In this document: positions 29,285 through 40,015 of the stretch, in pieces
How the letters are laid out: every line of letters starts with the position of its first letter
How positions within the stretch are numbered: position 1 is the first letter of the stretch
DNA from: Clostridia bacterium
GTDB taxonomy: Bacteria; Bacillota; Clostridia; Christensenellales; UBA1242
NCBI GenBank assembly: GCA_017467625.1
Contig: JAFUSN010000002.1
Coordinates: forward strand, 5,008-69,007
Length of the DNA: 64,000 nt
Direction: 5' to 3'
Notes under the pieces: model-generated
Seen by the model: the letters and a program-made list of their open reading frames with translations, nothing else
What the model was told of the DNA's origin: nothing
The model's database searches: none
Position numbers and translations under genes: made by a program

Positions 29285-30688
29285 CTAAATCATTGCATGG
29301 CCGCTAGATGTAAGTTCTGTTTGAATTTTTGATTTCATATCGGCTGCACTCATTCCTAGGGCAGTAAGATTTGCCCTAGCAGCACGGATGTGTTGGAGTG
29401 AGTTTTCAATTTCAGTTGATGTACTTGATATTTCATTTGTAATCTTGTCATTTGTAACTTCATGTCTGAATGATTCGCGTTTATTGATGTATGCTTCAGC
29501 TAAAGGCTCTCTTTGAATTTGTACCTTTTGTCTAATATCATTAAGCATAATTCCTTGATTAGCTGGTGAAATGCTAGTTGTTGCAGTAACACCGGCTTCA
29601 ATATTTGCCAAAACAGTAGGATCATGTTTATTGTAATTATTAAAGGCATTTTCATTAACGGGAGTCCAATCGGCTCTTGAGCTATTGGATGTATTCCAAC
29701 TATGTAATGTACTCTTTATTTGTGTGTTAATGGCATCAATTTGCATCTTTTCTGTTGTAGTTGACATTTTATTATCCAACATTTTTTCAACGCCATTAAC
29801 TGGATCAGTCATTACTGTTGGTTCCGTGATTTTGGTTAAATCATCAAAAGTTACGCAGTCAAGATATTGAGTAAAAATCTTCTTTTGAGTGGCTGATAAA
29901 CTACTTCCTCTTGGACCAGTTATTAATCGCATAACATCATCATATTCTTGAGCAATATCAGATAATAATTCTGCAACTTTGTTTTCATTGATAATTTTCT
30001 TGCCTTCAGCCATTTTTTTGTTAACAGCATTAATTTGTTTTCTTAAAAAGGCCTTGGTTGAGGTAGGTGTGGCTGGATCATTAACCATAGCTTCAAGATC
30101 TCTGAGTTTACCTGGATGATCCATTAAATATTCAATTTCTTTGTCAGTGAAGTCTTGATGAGTGTGAACTTTATCTGCATTCATTGAATCTGCATCATTT
30201 TGATTTTGAATTTGTTCATCTTGAGCAAAATTTTCTTCTTGAGCAAGACGGATTCTTTGCTTTTGAATTTTATGTTTTGCCCACGCACTTTTAAAGATAG
30301 GAATTGCTGCAAGTAAACCTATTCCAGTGACTGAAAGAGTAACGCCAGCAATCATTTTGAAAAATTGACCCCATGTTCCTTCAGCAGTTTTTGCTTTTAT
30401 TTCATCAATTTCACCATTTTCTACCGCGCCATTCAATAATCTTAAGGTTGCTGTTTCCTTTGTGTATCCAAGGGTGTTTGCTCGCAAAAGTTTACTTAAT
30501 TTAGTTCTAGCTTTCATAATTCTTGTAAGCATTTCATCATATTGTTTGTAAACTTTTTTATGAGCGGGATTTTTTGGATTGAGTTTATCCATTTTTGCCT
30601 TGTAGTAGTCATAAGCGGCAGTGAGTTGAGGAATATTCATTTCATTGAGATTAGCGTTATTTTTAGCCGCGTTTTGTTTATATGCCAT
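29285..30688 (-). CDS. Large orphan protein with one internal hydrophobic segment
   Basis: 467 aa; AGGAG RBS; TTGACT...TGGTTTAAT promoter; FFKMIAGVTLSVTGIGLLAAIPIF. Confidence 0.85.
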   Translation of the reverse strand: MAYKQNAAKNNANLNEMNIPQLTAAYDYYKAKMDKLNPKNPAHKKVYKQYDEMLTRIMKARTKLSKLLRANTLGYTKETATLRLLNGAVENGEIDEIKAKTAEGTWGQFFKMIAGVTLSVTGIGLLAAIPIFKSAWAKHKIQKQRIRLAQEENFAQDEQIQNQNDADSMNADKVHTHQDFTDKEIEYLMDHPGKLRDLEAMVNDPATPTSTKAFLRKQINAVNKKMAEGKKIINENKVAELLSDIAQEYDDVMRLITGPRGSSLSATQKKIFTQYLDCVTFDDLTKITEPTVMTDPVNGVEKMLDNKMSTTTEKMQIDAINTQIKSTLHSWNTSNSSRADWTPVNENAFNNYNKHDPTVLANIEAGVTATTSISPANQGIMLNDIRQKVQIQREPLAEAYINKRESFRHEVTNDKITNEISSTSTEIENSLQHIRAARANLTALGMSAADMKSKIQTELTSSGHAMI

Positions 30689-30885
30689 AATTTTTCTCCT
30701 TTTTTTACTTTAAGTAAAACTTCTAGTAGCTTTATTAAACCATAACCAAAGGCAAAAGTCAATATTTTTCGCGTAAAAATTCGCCATTTGGGGTTGGTTT
30801 TGACCAATTTTAATAATTTTTAATTATTATGCGCATGAATTTAGGTTTTAATCAACTAAAAAAGCGAAGCAAAAGCTTCGCAAAA

Positions 30886-31815
30886 TTAAACTCGCAAATC
30901 ATCTCCCAAAATTTGAAGACGCACACTTGTCTTTTTATTGAAAATTCTTGAATAAATTCTTTCGCCATAATAGTCCATAATTTGCGATGGCAACAGGTTT
31001 GTTGTTATCACGGTTGGACGGGCAAAGCGTTCACGCTCTGACAAAAGCAGGTAAAGATAATCAAACACAACATCTTTATATGGTGGTTCGGTTCCAAGGT
31101 CATCCACAACAAGCAAATCGGCTTCAACAAGTGGAGCAAAAAATGCTTCTTTTTGGCTGCTGAAGGTGGTGTGATATTTCAAAAACATTGAACTCATTTC
31201 ATAGGCTGAAACAAACAAAACTTCAAAGCCTTTTTTTGCAATTTCACCAGCAATGCACTTTGCTGAAAATGTTTTTCCAACCCCGGTTTTTCCTTGAAAA
31301 ATTAAATTTTTTGAAGTTGGAAATTTTTCGCACCAAAGTTCAAGTTTGTTTTTAAGCTTTTCAAAAAATTCACTCTGTTGTTTGTTTTTTGCGGTTGTTT
31401 CAAAATTTTTTAAAGTTAAAATTTCACCATTTCCAAGCCCTGATGCTTTTAAAATTTCTTCGGTTCTTCTGCGCTTGAAACACTGACACATAACCCCATT
31501 AACAAATCCAACATCATTGCACTTTTTGCATTCAAATTTTGGTTCAAGGTCTGCTTCAGAAATTCCAAGTTTTTTCAAAACCAAAAGTTTTCTGTTTTGA
31601 GTTTCCAACAAAACTTTTTCAAGATCTTTAGTGTTTTCACCATTGGTTTTTGCACTTGCAATTTTTAAAATAAGTTCCTTTTCAAGAGAATTTAAGTCAT
31701 GATAAACCCTTGAGCCTTGGGCCCTTGCTTGTGCAGCTTTTGCACGCGCATCGGCTCGTTCTCTTTTGACTTTAAACTCATTTTCAATTTGGCTGTTAAT
31801 TTTGTTTAAATCCAT
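30886..31815 (-). CDS. DnaC/DnaI-like helicase loader ATPase
   Basis: CKKC...CQC zinc site, GKTGVGKT, LVVDDLGTE, ITTNL, RIYSRI. Confidence 0.9.
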   Translation of the reverse strand: MDLNKINSQIENEFKVKRERADARAKAAQARAQGSRVYHDLNSLEKELILKIASAKTNGENTKDLEKVLLETQNRKLLVLKKLGISEADLEPKFECKKCNDVGFVNGVMCQCFKRRRTEEILKASGLGNGEILTLKNFETTAKNKQQSEFFEKLKNKLELWCEKFPTSKNLIFQGKTGVGKTFSAKCIAGEIAKKGFEVLFVSAYEMSSMFLKYHTTFSSQKEAFFAPLVEADLLVVDDLGTEPPYKDVVFDYLYLLLSERERFARPTVITTNLLPSQIMDYYGERIYSRIFNKKTSVRLQILGDDLRV

Positions 31816-31833
31816 AATTTTCCTTTGTTAAAA

Positions 31834-33282
31834 TTAAATTTCAACATCATCAAGTGAATCAAAAACCGCCGCAAATTCTTCAGAAGAATATTCTCTGCGA
31901 TCAACATTGTTTCTGATGCTTTTTTGTGATTTTGGAGTTTGATTTGTTTCAAGCTGGGCTTTAACTTCATTTGTTTGATGTTTGTTAGCTGTGTGAAGTC
32001 CAGATAGAATTTTGTTCATGTAAGCAATTGGGTTTGCCGTTCCTTTTGAACTTTTTGCAACAAGCAAAATTGCATCTTGTTCAAAGCCCCAATCATTCGT
32101 CCAAGTTCGATATAAATCTCTGTCAAAACTTGAAACTGAACGAAGAAGCCCAAGCGTGTCCAAAACTTCACGAATTTGCTCATCATTAGCCAAAATTTCA
32201 GCAATATACTCATCAATAGCTTCCATTGAAACAAGGCCAAGTTTAAAGAATTTTTGAACAATTGTGTTCATTCCGTCAAGAGTTCTAAGGTTTTGTTTGA
32301 AAGCATAATTGCTAATAAATTCAAGAGTTTCTTTTTCATATCCTTTTTGAATCCAGTCTGAAATATAAACATTGACAACATTTTCAAGGTCGCCAAAATA
32401 AAGTCCCAAATTTTTTGTTACAGATTTTGCAATTTCAAAAAGCAACTCTTTTCTTGAAGAATAGTTTGAAATTTCTTCAATTGAAAAAAGTTTTTGTTCG
32501 TAATATTTTGTGAGCGTTTCATCAAGACGATTAAATCCACCATGTTTTTTGAGCGATTTTGCAACTTCAATAATGGCTCCATGGGTGAAACCAAGGCTGT
32601 TTTTCCATTTGAGATACATGTTGCGCTCATCAATGTCGGCTTCACGCTTAATTCCAAGTGCAGACAAAATTTGTTTAATTTCAGCGCTTGATTTATCTTG
32701 TTCAATAAACTTTGCCTCAACTGTTTCATAGGTTTTTAATCCCTGATGAGCAAAATCTCTTGCAACTGCCAAAATGTATGGATAGCCAACAGAAGTTGAT
32801 TTGTTTTTTACGCAATATCTAATTATCATTATGAGAGCTTCTGGCTCAAAGTGATAAACCTCCATAAGTGAGTAATATTCATTAAATTCAATTGGAGTAA
32901 CCATTCTATCACAAATTGCTTCTTCAACCATTTTGTTAAAATCAGCATATTTGTCTTTATTTCTAATTTTAACGCTTCCTGAGTGTGCACGAACTGGCAA
33001 ATAACGAACCTCATATGGATTTGCTGAAACCACTTGAACAAGCCCCATTTCTTGCCAATATGAAAACGCTTTTTCAACATCTGCTTGGCTGAGCGATAAA
33101 ACCTTGCAAATTGTTTCCATATTGTTATCAGTTGAGCTTGTGTTTGCGCAAAGTGTAAGACCGTAAAGGTAAACTTTAACGGCATCACCAGTTGCACCCG
33201 GCAAAAATTCGTTTAAAAAAGTGTTGTCAATAACCGTATAGTTGTCTAGCACAAGTTTGCTTGAAAATGAACAAAACGCCAA
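31834..33282 (-). CDS. DnaD/DnaB-domain replication protein (TTG start)
   Basis: IDNTFLNEFLP...VKVYLYGL, YW...GLV, repeated DnaB_2-like helices; operon with loader. Confidence 0.85.
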   Translation of the reverse strand: MAFCSFSSKLVLDNYTVIDNTFLNEFLPGATGDAVKVYLYGLTLCANTSSTDNNMETICKVLSLSQADVEKAFSYWQEMGLVQVVSANPYEVRYLPVRAHSGSVKIRNKDKYADFNKMVEEAICDRMVTPIEFNEYYSLMEVYHFEPEALIMIIRYCVKNKSTSVGYPYILAVARDFAHQGLKTYETVEAKFIEQDKSSAEIKQILSALGIKREADIDERNMYLKWKNSLGFTHGAIIEVAKSLKKHGGFNRLDETLTKYYEQKLFSIEEISNYSSRKELLFEIAKSVTKNLGLYFGDLENVVNVYISDWIQKGYEKETLEFISNYAFKQNLRTLDGMNTIVQKFFKLGLVSMEAIDEYIAEILANDEQIREVLDTLGLLRSVSSFDRDLYRTWTNDWGFEQDAILLVAKSSKGTANPIAYMNKILSGLHTANKHQTNEVKAQLETNQTPKSQKSIRNNVDRREYSSEEFAAVFDSLDDVEI

Positions 33283-33415
33283 AGTTTGTGTCCTCCTACA
33301 ATCCCATTTTATTTGATTTTAATTATAAACATGTTTATAATAACACTTGTAAAGCAAAAATTCAACAATAAATTTCAAACTTTGAATTAAGTTTTGAATG
33401 TTGTAGGGGGAAACC

Positions 33416-34594
33416 GTGAAATTTTTACATACTTCAGATTGGCATCTTGGAGCAAAAACAAATGGTAAAGATCGTCTTGACGAACAAAAACGAGTTCTTG
33501 ACGAAATTTTGTCAATTGCAAATTATGAGAATATTGATTGCGTGATAGTTGCTGGTGATGTTTTCAACACAGCAAATCCATCAGCCGATGCAGAAGAATT
33601 GTTTTTTGAAACAATTGAAAAATTTTCTAATGGAGGAGACAGGTTTGTTTTTGTTTTAGCTGGAAACCATGACGATCCAACAAGGCTTGCAGCAGGGCTT
33701 CCACTTGCTGAAAAACACAATATTGCACTTGTTAGTGATTTAAACAAACTTAATGAAGCTCGTTTCAAAAAGAATGGTGTTGTGAGCGTTGTTGAAACCG
33801 GAAAGGGATATCTTAAATTAAAAAAGAACGAAGAAATTGTAACCATTGCATATCTTCCATATCCAAGTGAATCAAGGATAACCGAAAAAGTTTTTGATGA
33901 CAGTGAAGAACTTTCTTATGCTGAAAAAGTTGCAAGATGGGCTGAAATTGGAGCTGGCGGTTTTGATGAAAAAGGATTTAATGTGTTTGTGTCGCACCTG
34001 TTTTTAGTTGGTTCAAAAACCGGAACGGGAACTGTTCGTGTTGGTGACATTTTGGCCGTTCCATCAAATATGCTTCCAAAGGCAAGTTACACCGCACTTG
34101 GCCACATTCATCGCCATCAAGAAGTTGCAAAAAATATGTTCTATTCCGGGGCAATAACAAAGCTTGCCGTTTCAGATAAAGAACTTTCAGTTATTGCATT
34201 TGAAAGTGAAAATGGAGTGCTTGCTTCACTTGAAAAAATTCCACTTCAAACCCCACAAAAATATGAAAGAGTTGTCGTTTCATCAATTGAAGAAGCTCGC
34301 CAAAAACTTTCAGAATTTGATGACGGAGATATTGTTGAACTTGTAATTAAAACAGAAGTTCCACTTTCTGCTTTGGAACTTAAACAACTTAAAAAAGATT
34401 TTGCCTGCATTTCAACCGTTGGAATTATTCACGGTGATTTTGATGTGCAAGAAACTGATAAAAAGAAAAGAAAACTTATGAGCGATGCCGAACTTTTTAA
34501 AGAATTTTATAAAAAAGTTCGGGGCATTGAACCAACTGATGACTTAATCCAGATGTTTGTAAGTTTGAAAGGAGGCGAAGATGAAACCAATTAA
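33416..34594 (+). CDS. sbcD: Nuclease SbcCD subunit D
   Basis: HTSDWHLG, AGDVF, AGNHD, ALGHIH. Confidence 0.95.
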   Translation: MKFLHTSDWHLGAKTNGKDRLDEQKRVLDEILSIANYENIDCVIVAGDVFNTANPSADAEELFFETIEKFSNGGDRFVFVLAGNHDDPTRLAAGLPLAEKHNIALVSDLNKLNEARFKKNGVVSVVETGKGYLKLKKNEEIVTIAYLPYPSESRITEKVFDDSEELSYAEKVARWAEIGAGGFDEKGFNVFVSHLFLVGSKTGTGTVRVGDILAVPSNMLPKASYTALGHIHRHQEVAKNMFYSGAITKLAVSDKELSVIAFESENGVLASLEKIPLQTPQKYERVVVSSIEEARQKLSEFDDGDIVELVIKTEVPLSALELKQLKKDFACISTVGIIHGDFDVQETDKKKRKLMSDAELFKEFYKKVRGIEPTDDLIQMFVSLKGGEDETN

Positions 34595-37500
34595 ACTTGA
34601 AATTGAAGGATTGAACAGTTTTGAAGGTAAGGAAACGCTTGATTTTTCAGCACTTGGCGAAGGAGTATTTGGAATTTTTGGAAAAACCGGGAGTGGAAAA
34701 TCAACAATTTTAGATGCAATTACACTTGCGCTTTATGGCGGAACTGAAAGAAGCAAACAAAACATTGATTTTGTGAACACAAAGCGCAAAAAAGCAGTGG
34801 TTTCTTTTGAATTTGAAATCAATGGTTCAAGGGGCAAAAAAAAGTATTTCATCACAAGAACCTTTGAAATTAAAAAAGCTGGGGTTGAATCTGATGCGGA
34901 ACTTTATGAAACGCAAGATGATGATAAAATTTTAATTGCCGAAGGGACTGCTAAAGTTAATGCAAAAATTTTTGATATTGTTGGTCTTGGCGAAAGGGAA
35001 TTTTCAAAATGTATTGCGCTCCCACAAGGTGAATTTTCAGCATTTTTAAAAGCAAAGCCAAGTGAAAGAACCGAAATTATGAGCAACATTTTTGATCTTT
35101 CAGATTATGGCGAAAAACTTTCACAAAAAGTCAAGGAAAAACTTAATGAATTTGATAAGGAAGTTTCATCACTTGAGTCGGGGCTTGAAATGGTTGCTTA
35201 TGCAACAAATGAAGCCGTTGAAGAAAGAAAAAAAGTTACAACGGATTCTCTTGAAAACTACAATCAAAAAAGCGAACTATTAAAGCAAAAAAGTGAGCTT
35301 TATGCAGAGAAACAGAAGACAGAAGAAAAACAAATTAAATTAGTTGAAATTGAAAATAAATTATCAAAAATTAATGAAAATCAAGCAGAAATGGAACTTC
35401 TCGCTGATGAAATTGCAAAAAATTTAACAGCTAATGAAATTAAAAGTGATTATGAAAAACTTAAAAAAACAAGGGAAGATGTTGCTTCGTTAACTGAAAA
35501 AATTGCCTCACTCAATGAGGTTCAGTTAAAGGCAAAATCCGAGGCTGAAGAAGCGGCAATTGATCTTGAAAATTACCAAAGTGAATTCACTTCAAAAACT
35601 GCAGAACTTCAAGCAAAACTTTTGAGGTTAGATGATCTTCGTAAACTTGATGAAGAGCTTAAAAATTTGCAAAAAGAAAAAGAAGATACCGCTGCTGAAA
35701 TTATTGAAAAGAAAGCAGAGGTTTTAAATAAAAATGAAGCCAATGAATTTGTGCAAAAAAATCTTGATGAAATTCAGGAAAAAATTGATAAAATTGATGA
35801 CTTTATTGATGCAAATAAGCCTGATGTTGATTTAAGTTACGCTTTAGAGCAAACAAAGGGCATTGAAAGTGAAATTATTTTAATTGATGAAATTTATGCA
35901 AAGGTTGAGGCGTTGATTGATCAAACTGAAGCGGATTTAAAGAGTGTTCAAGAAGAATATAACAGCGCAATTGCATCTGAAAAACAATTTCAGGCGCAGC
36001 GTGAAAAAATTCAAGGATCAATTGAAGTTGCTTTTGAAAATGATGATTCAACCAATTTCAAAAAACTTCGCAGCTGTGAAAAACAACTTGTTGGAATGCA
36101 TGAAGTTCAAGTTAATGTTAAAGACCTTGATGAACAAATTGCAAGAATTGACCTTGACACAGATAATCGATTGGCAACAATATCAATGCTTGATGGTCAA
36201 ATTGATGAAGCTAATGCAAAACTTAATGAAATGGAAGATGGCGTCATTCAAGCTGAGGTGCTTTTGAATCAAGCTCGTGATTCAAGAGAAGAGGTTTTGG
36301 GTGAAAATGTTGTTTCGCTTATTTCGGAACACTTAAATATTGGTGATGAATGTCCAGTTTGTTCATCTAGGGTCAATCAAAAAATTTATGGAAATCATTT
36401 TGATTTAATGGCTCTTGATGGTGAGGTTGAAAACGCAAAAACAAATGTTAAGGGCAGACGATTTGAAAGAGATAGAGCTTTTGTTGAAGTTATTTCACTC
36501 AAAGCGAGGTATGAGTTTGAGAAAGCACAGGTTGAAATTAACAGAAGTGAAATCAAAAAGCTTCAAGAAGCCCGTGGAAAACTTTTTCAAAAGTTTGTTG
36601 ATAACAATGATGATAGTGAAGCAAATTTTGAAAAGCTTCAAACACTTGTTGAAAATGCGGCAAATAGCCTAGAGGAACTTATTAATCTTCAAGATTCAAT
36701 TAGGGAGGCTGAAGAGCGCACAACAATTTTAAAAGTTCAAGCTGGAACCAAAGTTACAATTTACAAAAATTATCTTGAAAGTTTAATTGATGTTATTTAT
36801 GAACTTCAAAAGAAAAAGGCGGAACGCGAGTTTGCAATTTATAATGTTAATGCTAAATATGAAAACTTAAAAGAATATAAGCAACAAATTGCAGATGGTA
36901 AAAACATAGAAATTATTATTGACGGAAAAAAGGAAGAGAGAGCAAAGCTTCGCGAAAAACAAAATGAAATCAATAAAGAATTTGTTGAAACTCAAAAAGA
37001 AGTTGTTGCTGCAACGGGCAAACTTGAATTTTTATCTGAAAAACTCAATAGTCTTGAAAAACAAATTTTTGGTGTAAAAACAAAAATTGTGACTAGTGGT
37101 GTTCCTGAAGGTGTTTCAATTGATGAAGAAAAGGAACAAACCATTAAAGCCATTGAAGAACTTAAGTTTAATTTTGATGCTAAGCAAAGCAAGTTATATT
37201 CATCTCGTGAGCTCGTTTCAAGAACTGAAAGTGATTACACAATCAGCTTAACGCTTATAAATGAGAAGCGTGATGAAATTGAAAAACTTGAAGCTGATGT
37301 TGCAAGGCGAATGATTGACGCAAACTTTAAGAGTGATGAAGAACTTGAAAAAATGTTTATAACAAGTTCTGAACTTCAAATTAAGAAAAATAAGCTTGAT
37401 GAATTTAACAGTGAAAAACGCATTTTGGAAATTCAAAAAGCGGAAATTGAAAAAGAGATTACTGAAAAAGTTGATAAAACTGAAATTGAAAATCTTGAAA

Positions 37501-38141
37501 AAGAAATTCAAAGTTTAAATGAAGAAGTTAAAACTTTATCGCAAGAAGTTGGCAAAAATAATGCAGATTTTGATAGGATTTTGGCGGATAATGCAAAATT
37601 TAATGAAATTTCAACAAAACTTGCAGTCGCAAAACATGGCTATGACAATGCAAAAGAGCTTTCAACTGTGCTCAAAGGAAAGGCGCTTGCTGAGTTTGTT
37701 GCTGAGGAATATTTAGATGAAATTACAACCTCTGCCAATAAAAAACTAGATTTGCTTATGGATGGCAAATATACGCTTTTATTTAAAGATAAAGAATTTA
37801 TTGTTCAAGAAAATTTAAATGATGGACTTGAAAGATCCGCAGGAACGCTTTCTGGTGGTGAAACTTTCCTTGTTAGTTTAAGTTTGGCACTTTCAATTTC
37901 TGAAGCAATTTCACTTCTTTCGGCAAGGAGTATGGATTTCTTCTTCCTTGATGAAGGTTTTGGAACTCTTGATGCAGACTTGTGCGAGGCTGTTGTTGGC
38001 GCACTTTATAAACTTGAAAGCCAAAATTTAAAAATTGGTCTTATTTCACATGTTAAAGAACTTGAAGAATCAATTAAAAACAAAGTTTTAGTTTCAAAAG
38101 ATACAAAAGGCTCACATATAAAAATTGCACATAGTTTATAA
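34581..38141 (+). CDS. sbcC: Nuclease SbcCD subunit C (SMC/Rad50-like)
   Basis: GKTGSGKS, CPVC hook, LSGGE, FLDEGFG, long coiled coil. Confidence 0.95.
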   Translation: MKPIKLEIEGLNSFEGKETLDFSALGEGVFGIFGKTGSGKSTILDAITLALYGGTERSKQNIDFVNTKRKKAVVSFEFEINGSRGKKKYFITRTFEIKKAGVESDAELYETQDDDKILIAEGTAKVNAKIFDIVGLGEREFSKCIALPQGEFSAFLKAKPSERTEIMSNIFDLSDYGEKLSQKVKEKLNEFDKEVSSLESGLEMVAYATNEAVEERKKVTTDSLENYNQKSELLKQKSELYAEKQKTEEKQIKLVEIENKLSKINENQAEMELLADEIAKNLTANEIKSDYEKLKKTREDVASLTEKIASLNEVQLKAKSEAEEAAIDLENYQSEFTSKTAELQAKLLRLDDLRKLDEELKNLQKEKEDTAAEIIEKKAEVLNKNEANEFVQKNLDEIQEKIDKIDDFIDANKPDVDLSYALEQTKGIESEIILIDEIYAKVEALIDQTEADLKSVQEEYNSAIASEKQFQAQREKIQGSIEVAFENDDSTNFKKLRSCEKQLVGMHEVQVNVKDLDEQIARIDLDTDNRLATISMLDGQIDEANAKLNEMEDGVIQAEVLLNQARDSREEVLGENVVSLISEHLNIGDECPVCSSRVNQKIYGNHFDLMALDGEVENAKTNVKGRRFERDRAFVEVISLKARYEFEKAQVEINRSEIKKLQEARGKLFQKFVDNNDDSEANFEKLQTLVENAANSLEELINLQDSIREAEERTTILKVQAGTKVTIYKNYLESLIDVIYELQKKKAEREFAIYNVNAKYENLKEYKQQIADGKNIEIIIDGKKEERAKLREKQNEINKEFVETQKEVVAATGKLEFLSEKLNSLEKQIFGVKTKIVTSGVPEGVSIDEEKEQTIKAIEELKFNFDAKQSKLYSSRELVSRTESDYTISLTLINEKRDEIEKLEADVARRMIDANFKSDEELEKMFITSSELQIKKNKLDEFNSEKRILEIQKAEIEKEITEKVDKTEIENLEKEIQSLNEEVKTLSQEVGKNNADFDRILADNAKFNEISTKLAVAKHGYDNAKELSTVLKGKALAEFVAEEYLDEITTSANKKLDLLMDGKYTLLFKDKEFIVQENLNDGLERSAGTLSGGETFLVSLSLALSISEAISLLSARSMDFFFLDEGFGTLDADLCEAVVGALYKLESQNLKIGLISHVKELEESIKNKVLVSKDTKGSHIKIAHSL

Positions 38142-38212
38142 ATTCATATTTTGCCTATTTACGTTTGTATTAAACGAGTGTATTATAATGAATAATGAGT
38201 AACGGGTGAGTT

Positions 38213-38314
38213 ATGAAAAATATTGAGAAGAAACTTTTGCTGCTTGCAATGATGACTGCTGGTGCAGCAGGTGGAACTGCGGTGAACACTTATTCAAAAT
38301 TATCAGAACAATAA
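38213..38314 (+). CDS. Candidate 33-aa peptide (MKNIEKKLLLLAMMTAGAAGGTAVNTYSKLSEQ)
   Basis: GGTGAG RBS, upstream -10, downstream terminator. Confidence 0.5.
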   Translation: MKNIEKKLLLLAMMTAGAAGGTAVNTYSKLSEQ

Positions 38315-38393
38315 TGAGTTTCTACAGTTCAAAAGGCGAAAAAATAAAAAAATCACTGAAATTTCAGTGATTTTTTTTGATTTTATTTAATTT

Positions 38394-39311
38394 TTATTCA
38401 AAATGATTTTTTAAATCCAAAAGATATTTCAAATACTCTGTTTTTTGAGCATATTTCCAAAAATTATCATTAAACTTTGAATTTGTTCTAAGCCATGGCT
38501 TTCTTGTTCCGGCATAATGAATTATTTTTGGATTCTTTTCACTTTCTAAATACTCATTAAATAAATGCTCTGGCAATTTTGCATAACTTCCATCTTGGTC
38601 TTCCATAAAATCCCAAGCTGCATCTAAAATTACAACACTGTCTTTTGCGACATAGTTAAACAAATCTTGATCATATTGTTTCCAATCTTTTGATATGGCA
38701 AGATTGAGCAGATTTGTTGTGTCAAATTTGCTGTTAAATTCCTCAATATTTAACAGCATAACGCCTGATGCAAAGTAGTTATCAAAATTGGTTATTCCAA
38801 TTTCATTTATTCTATATTTTGTTCTTTCAAAGTTGTGTGAGTAACAAGCAGCAATGCCTTCATAATCACGAATAGCACCAATGAGATTGTTTGACAGGTC
38901 AACTTGAAACAGTTTTGCAACATCGTCTTCAACAATTAAATCTGCATCTAAAAACAAAACCTTTGTGTATTCACTCATGATTGAAGGAACTAAAACCCTG
39001 TAATAAATTTCATCAGTATACTTTGTGTTTGTTATCTCTGACCATGTGTAAAACTTATAGCCAAAAACAAGTGGACCAACATTAACAAAGCGTATTGAAA
39101 AATTTTTGTGGTTTGCAATTTGTTTTAAAATGTTTGTTTGATTTTCAATGTCAATTGAAGTCATTAAAATAACAATATCATAGTTGTTTTCAGGTGAACT
39201 ATTTTCAATTATTGATTCAATTGTCGTTGAAAGCAATGGAATATACCTGTCATTTGCTGAAAAACAAATGGGAATTAAATTATTTGAAAATGCTGGTTTA
39301 ATTGTCTCCAT
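38394..39311 (-). CDS. Glycosyltransferase family 8
   Basis: KVLFLDADL, YFASGVMLLN, DQD, IIHYAGTRKPW. Confidence 0.93.
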   Translation of the reverse strand: METIKPAFSNNLIPICFSANDRYIPLLSTTIESIIENSSPENNYDIVILMTSIDIENQTNILKQIANHKNFSIRFVNVGPLVFGYKFYTWSEITNTKYTDEIYYRVLVPSIMSEYTKVLFLDADLIVEDDVAKLFQVDLSNNLIGAIRDYEGIAACYSHNFERTKYRINEIGITNFDNYFASGVMLLNIEEFNSKFDTTNLLNLAISKDWKQYDQDLFNYVAKDSVVILDAAWDFMEDQDGSYAKLPEHLFNEYLESEKNPKIIHYAGTRKPWLRTNSKFNDNFWKYAQKTEYLKYLLDLKNHFE

Positions 39312-39351
39312 AATGACCTCCTTTTATTAAAAAATAGCCATGTGGCTATTT

Positions 39352-39909
39352 TTAGTTATTGTTAAGTTTCTGTTCACGAACTTTTTCAATTTCAGCAATA
39401 ATTTGCTCTGGTGTTTCACACCATGTGAAAAAGTCATATTGAAATTTTGTCAAAACTCCAGCTTCAAACATAAAGTCATTCATCTCTTTTAAATGATTGT
39501 AAAAACCATTAATGTTGTAAATTAAAACCTTGTCGGTGTCAAACTTACTTTTAATTGAATCTGTAATCATGTAAAGCTCGGCAAGTGTTCCATTTCCACC
39601 TGGCAAAACGATCGTTAAATCAGTGTTTCTGAGTGCAACTTGTTGAAGCATAAAAAGAGTGTCAACTGCAGTCACTGAGTTTGCAATCATTCCCTGTGCT
39701 TCATGTGCATAAGGTGTTGGGACAATAATATCAACAAAACCATCTCCAGCAATCATTGATTTATACATTTCACCAATTGAACCTGTTGTTGCTCCAACGC
39801 ACATAACGCCGTCATTGTGAGCCAAAAGGTTTTCGGCAATTTTAGAAATTCCTTCAAGATACTCAGGTTTAATATGCTTATCAACTGAGCCACAAACAAA
39901 TACTTTCAT
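39352..39909 (-). CDS. LOG-family nucleotide phosphoribohydrolase
   Basis: LPGGNGTLAE motif, YNINGFY. Confidence 0.85.
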   Translation of the reverse strand: MKVFVCGSVDKHIKPEYLEGISKIAENLLAHNDGVMCVGATTGSIGEMYKSMIAGDGFVDIIVPTPYAHEAQGMIANSVTAVDTLFMLQQVALRNTDLTIVLPGGNGTLAELYMITDSIKSKFDTDKVLIYNINGFYNHLKEMNDFMFEAGVLTKFQYDFFTWCETPEQIIAEIEKVREQKLNNN

Positions 39910-40015
39910 AATTTTCTCCTTTACCCGTTTAGTATATCATATGCCAAAATTTATAGCAAATAAAAAATGCTATGAAAATAGCCTGTAAAATATAAAAAAA
40001 TTATAATAAATATAA

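Noticed and set aside
30886-33282. DnaD-like plus DnaC-like pair as a phage replication module or IS21 IstB
   Set aside because: Standard chromosomal pair in Clostridia; no transposase or phage genes adjacent
33416-38141. SMC-like ATPase plus nuclease as a defence system (Wadjet/Lamassu-like)
   Set aside because: Motifs and two-gene layout fit ordinary SbcCD; no accessory subunits
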